Below, piece by piece: positions 20,481 through 21,344 of a stretch of 21,344 nt of DNA; within the stretch, counting starts at the first letter, position 1; every line of letters begins with the position of its first letter. The DNA is taken from NCBI GenBank assembly GCA_014630515.1, contig GCA_014630515.1_4091.1; one strand, given 5' to 3'. A program made the translations under genes and the position numbers. The notes below the pieces were generated by a model. It was not told the DNA's origin. It saw nothing but the letters and a program-made list of their open reading frames with translations, and did not search any database. The DNA comes from a phage.

Positions 20481-20879
20481 ACTTCCAGACTTCTGGAGGG
20501 CTAGACATATCTACGTCCAAAATCCATCCAGGGTAACTACGCCCAAAATCCGTCAGTACTATACCATAGATCTATCTTTTGAAAGGGAGTATTCAGTACT
20601 GCCATCATAGCCCTCACTATGTTACCCTAGGAGGATGAAGACTATCATGTAGTACTGAATACTGTTAGAGGGAATCCACCAGCACAAGCTGGTGGCATAA
20701 TGCTTTAGATTAAAATCAGTACTGACACCATTCTGTTAATATCAGTACTGTTATTACGATTTTCATATGAGGTTCAAAAAGATGTACCACCACAGGAGGA
20801 ACTATCTTTTCTGTACTGTCTCACGACAGGAGGTAGAGTAAATGAATTGTTCGCAGCAACTCATCTCTCTATGTAGAAC

Positions 20880-20907
20880 ATTATACAGTACTGAATCATA
20901 ATGTCAA
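20880..20907 (-). promoter_or_regulatory. minus-strand sigma70-type promoter in ORF-poor region
   Basis: minus strand TTGACA, 16 bp, TATAAT; no ORF over 60 aa downstream. Confidence 0.5.
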
Positions 20908-21242
20908 TAACTTTCTTTCATTATTCAGTACTGATATTCTTGAGAACTACCCGTCTACAAACATCATTATATCCCACAAATCATAAACGTCCCAACGTAA
21001 ATTTCAACTTTCGAAGATCCAACTTTTATTTCATAGGTACTCCAAAATTTTTAGGATCGAGATTTAGGATGGAGTACTAACCAACTTTTTGCTGGAGCCT
21101 CAAGGGGTAATGGAATTTTACCCCGACGGGTAAAAGGGTAATTGTAATTAAGGTGAAAGTAATAATTCAGTACTAATCATTGCGTGATTACTTTTGATTA
21201 CATTTGATGTAATTTGAAAAATGGAAAAGGAGCTTGGAAACT

Positions 21243-21268
21243 AAAAAGTACGGCAGACTTCCTCTGCC
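21243..21268 (-). terminator. possible rho-independent terminator (minus strand)
   Basis: minus strand GGCAG-aggaagt-CTGCC followed by GTACTTTTTAG. Confidence 0.4.
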
Positions 21269-21271
21269 TAC

Positions 21272-21344
21272 TTAGTGACATATCAGTACTGCTACGTTCT
21301 TGATTAAACGTGAACATTCCTGTACTCTAGTACTCACTACTGAT
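21272..21344 (-). CDS. possible 3' end of a minus-strand gene entering from the right edge (partial)
   Basis: open frame from window edge to TAA 21272-21274, followed 4 nt later by the 21243-21268 hairpin; too short to assess. Confidence 0.3.
   Translation of the reverse strand, partial: SVVSTRVQECSRLIKNVAVLICH

Noticed and set aside
19640-21344. tRNA genes in the ORF-poor region
   Set aside because: No cloverleaf candidates with a T-loop GTTCRANYC box or acceptor-stem pairing were seen by eye; a tRNAscan run would settle it.
1-21344. Transposase, integrase or other mobile-element genes
   Set aside because: No ORF is long enough or shows recognisable DDE or tyrosine-recombinase motifs; the mobility inferred here is cassette-level recombination only.

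Overview
21.3-kb window with the organisation of an early-gene region of a large virulent dsDNA phage (T4-type-like layout; the taxonomic guess is inference only, no search was possible). About 55 short genes (29-203 aa) lie head-to-tail on the minus strand. Almost every gene or gene pair has its own near-consensus sigma70-type promoter (TTGACA/TTGCAT, 16-17 bp, TATAAT), a short GC-rich 5' stem-loop and a Shine-Dalgarno site, so the intergenic DNA is a family of roughly 45 reiterated promoter/stem-loop cassettes. Many starts in the supplied ORF track are N-terminal extensions into these cassettes and were trimmed to the ATG that has an SD. Eight small ORFs (29-56 aa) absent from the track are proposed. 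Few products are recognisable from sequence: a minimal protein-kinase-like protein, a GNAT-like acetyltransferase, a TraR/DksA-type zinc finger, a signal-peptide protein and two acidic proteins; several gene families are duplicated together with their promoters. The last ~1.7 kb (19640-21344) is ORF-poor and holds plus-strand promoters, a conserved leader motif, iteron-like direct repeats and hairpins (candidate control or origin region). The hexamer AGTACT, mostly as the palindrome CAGTACTG, occurs about 130 times, far above expectation. No rRNA, tRNA, CRISPR array or transposase was seen. All coordinates were counted by hand and promoter or hairpin boundaries may be off by 1-2 nt.
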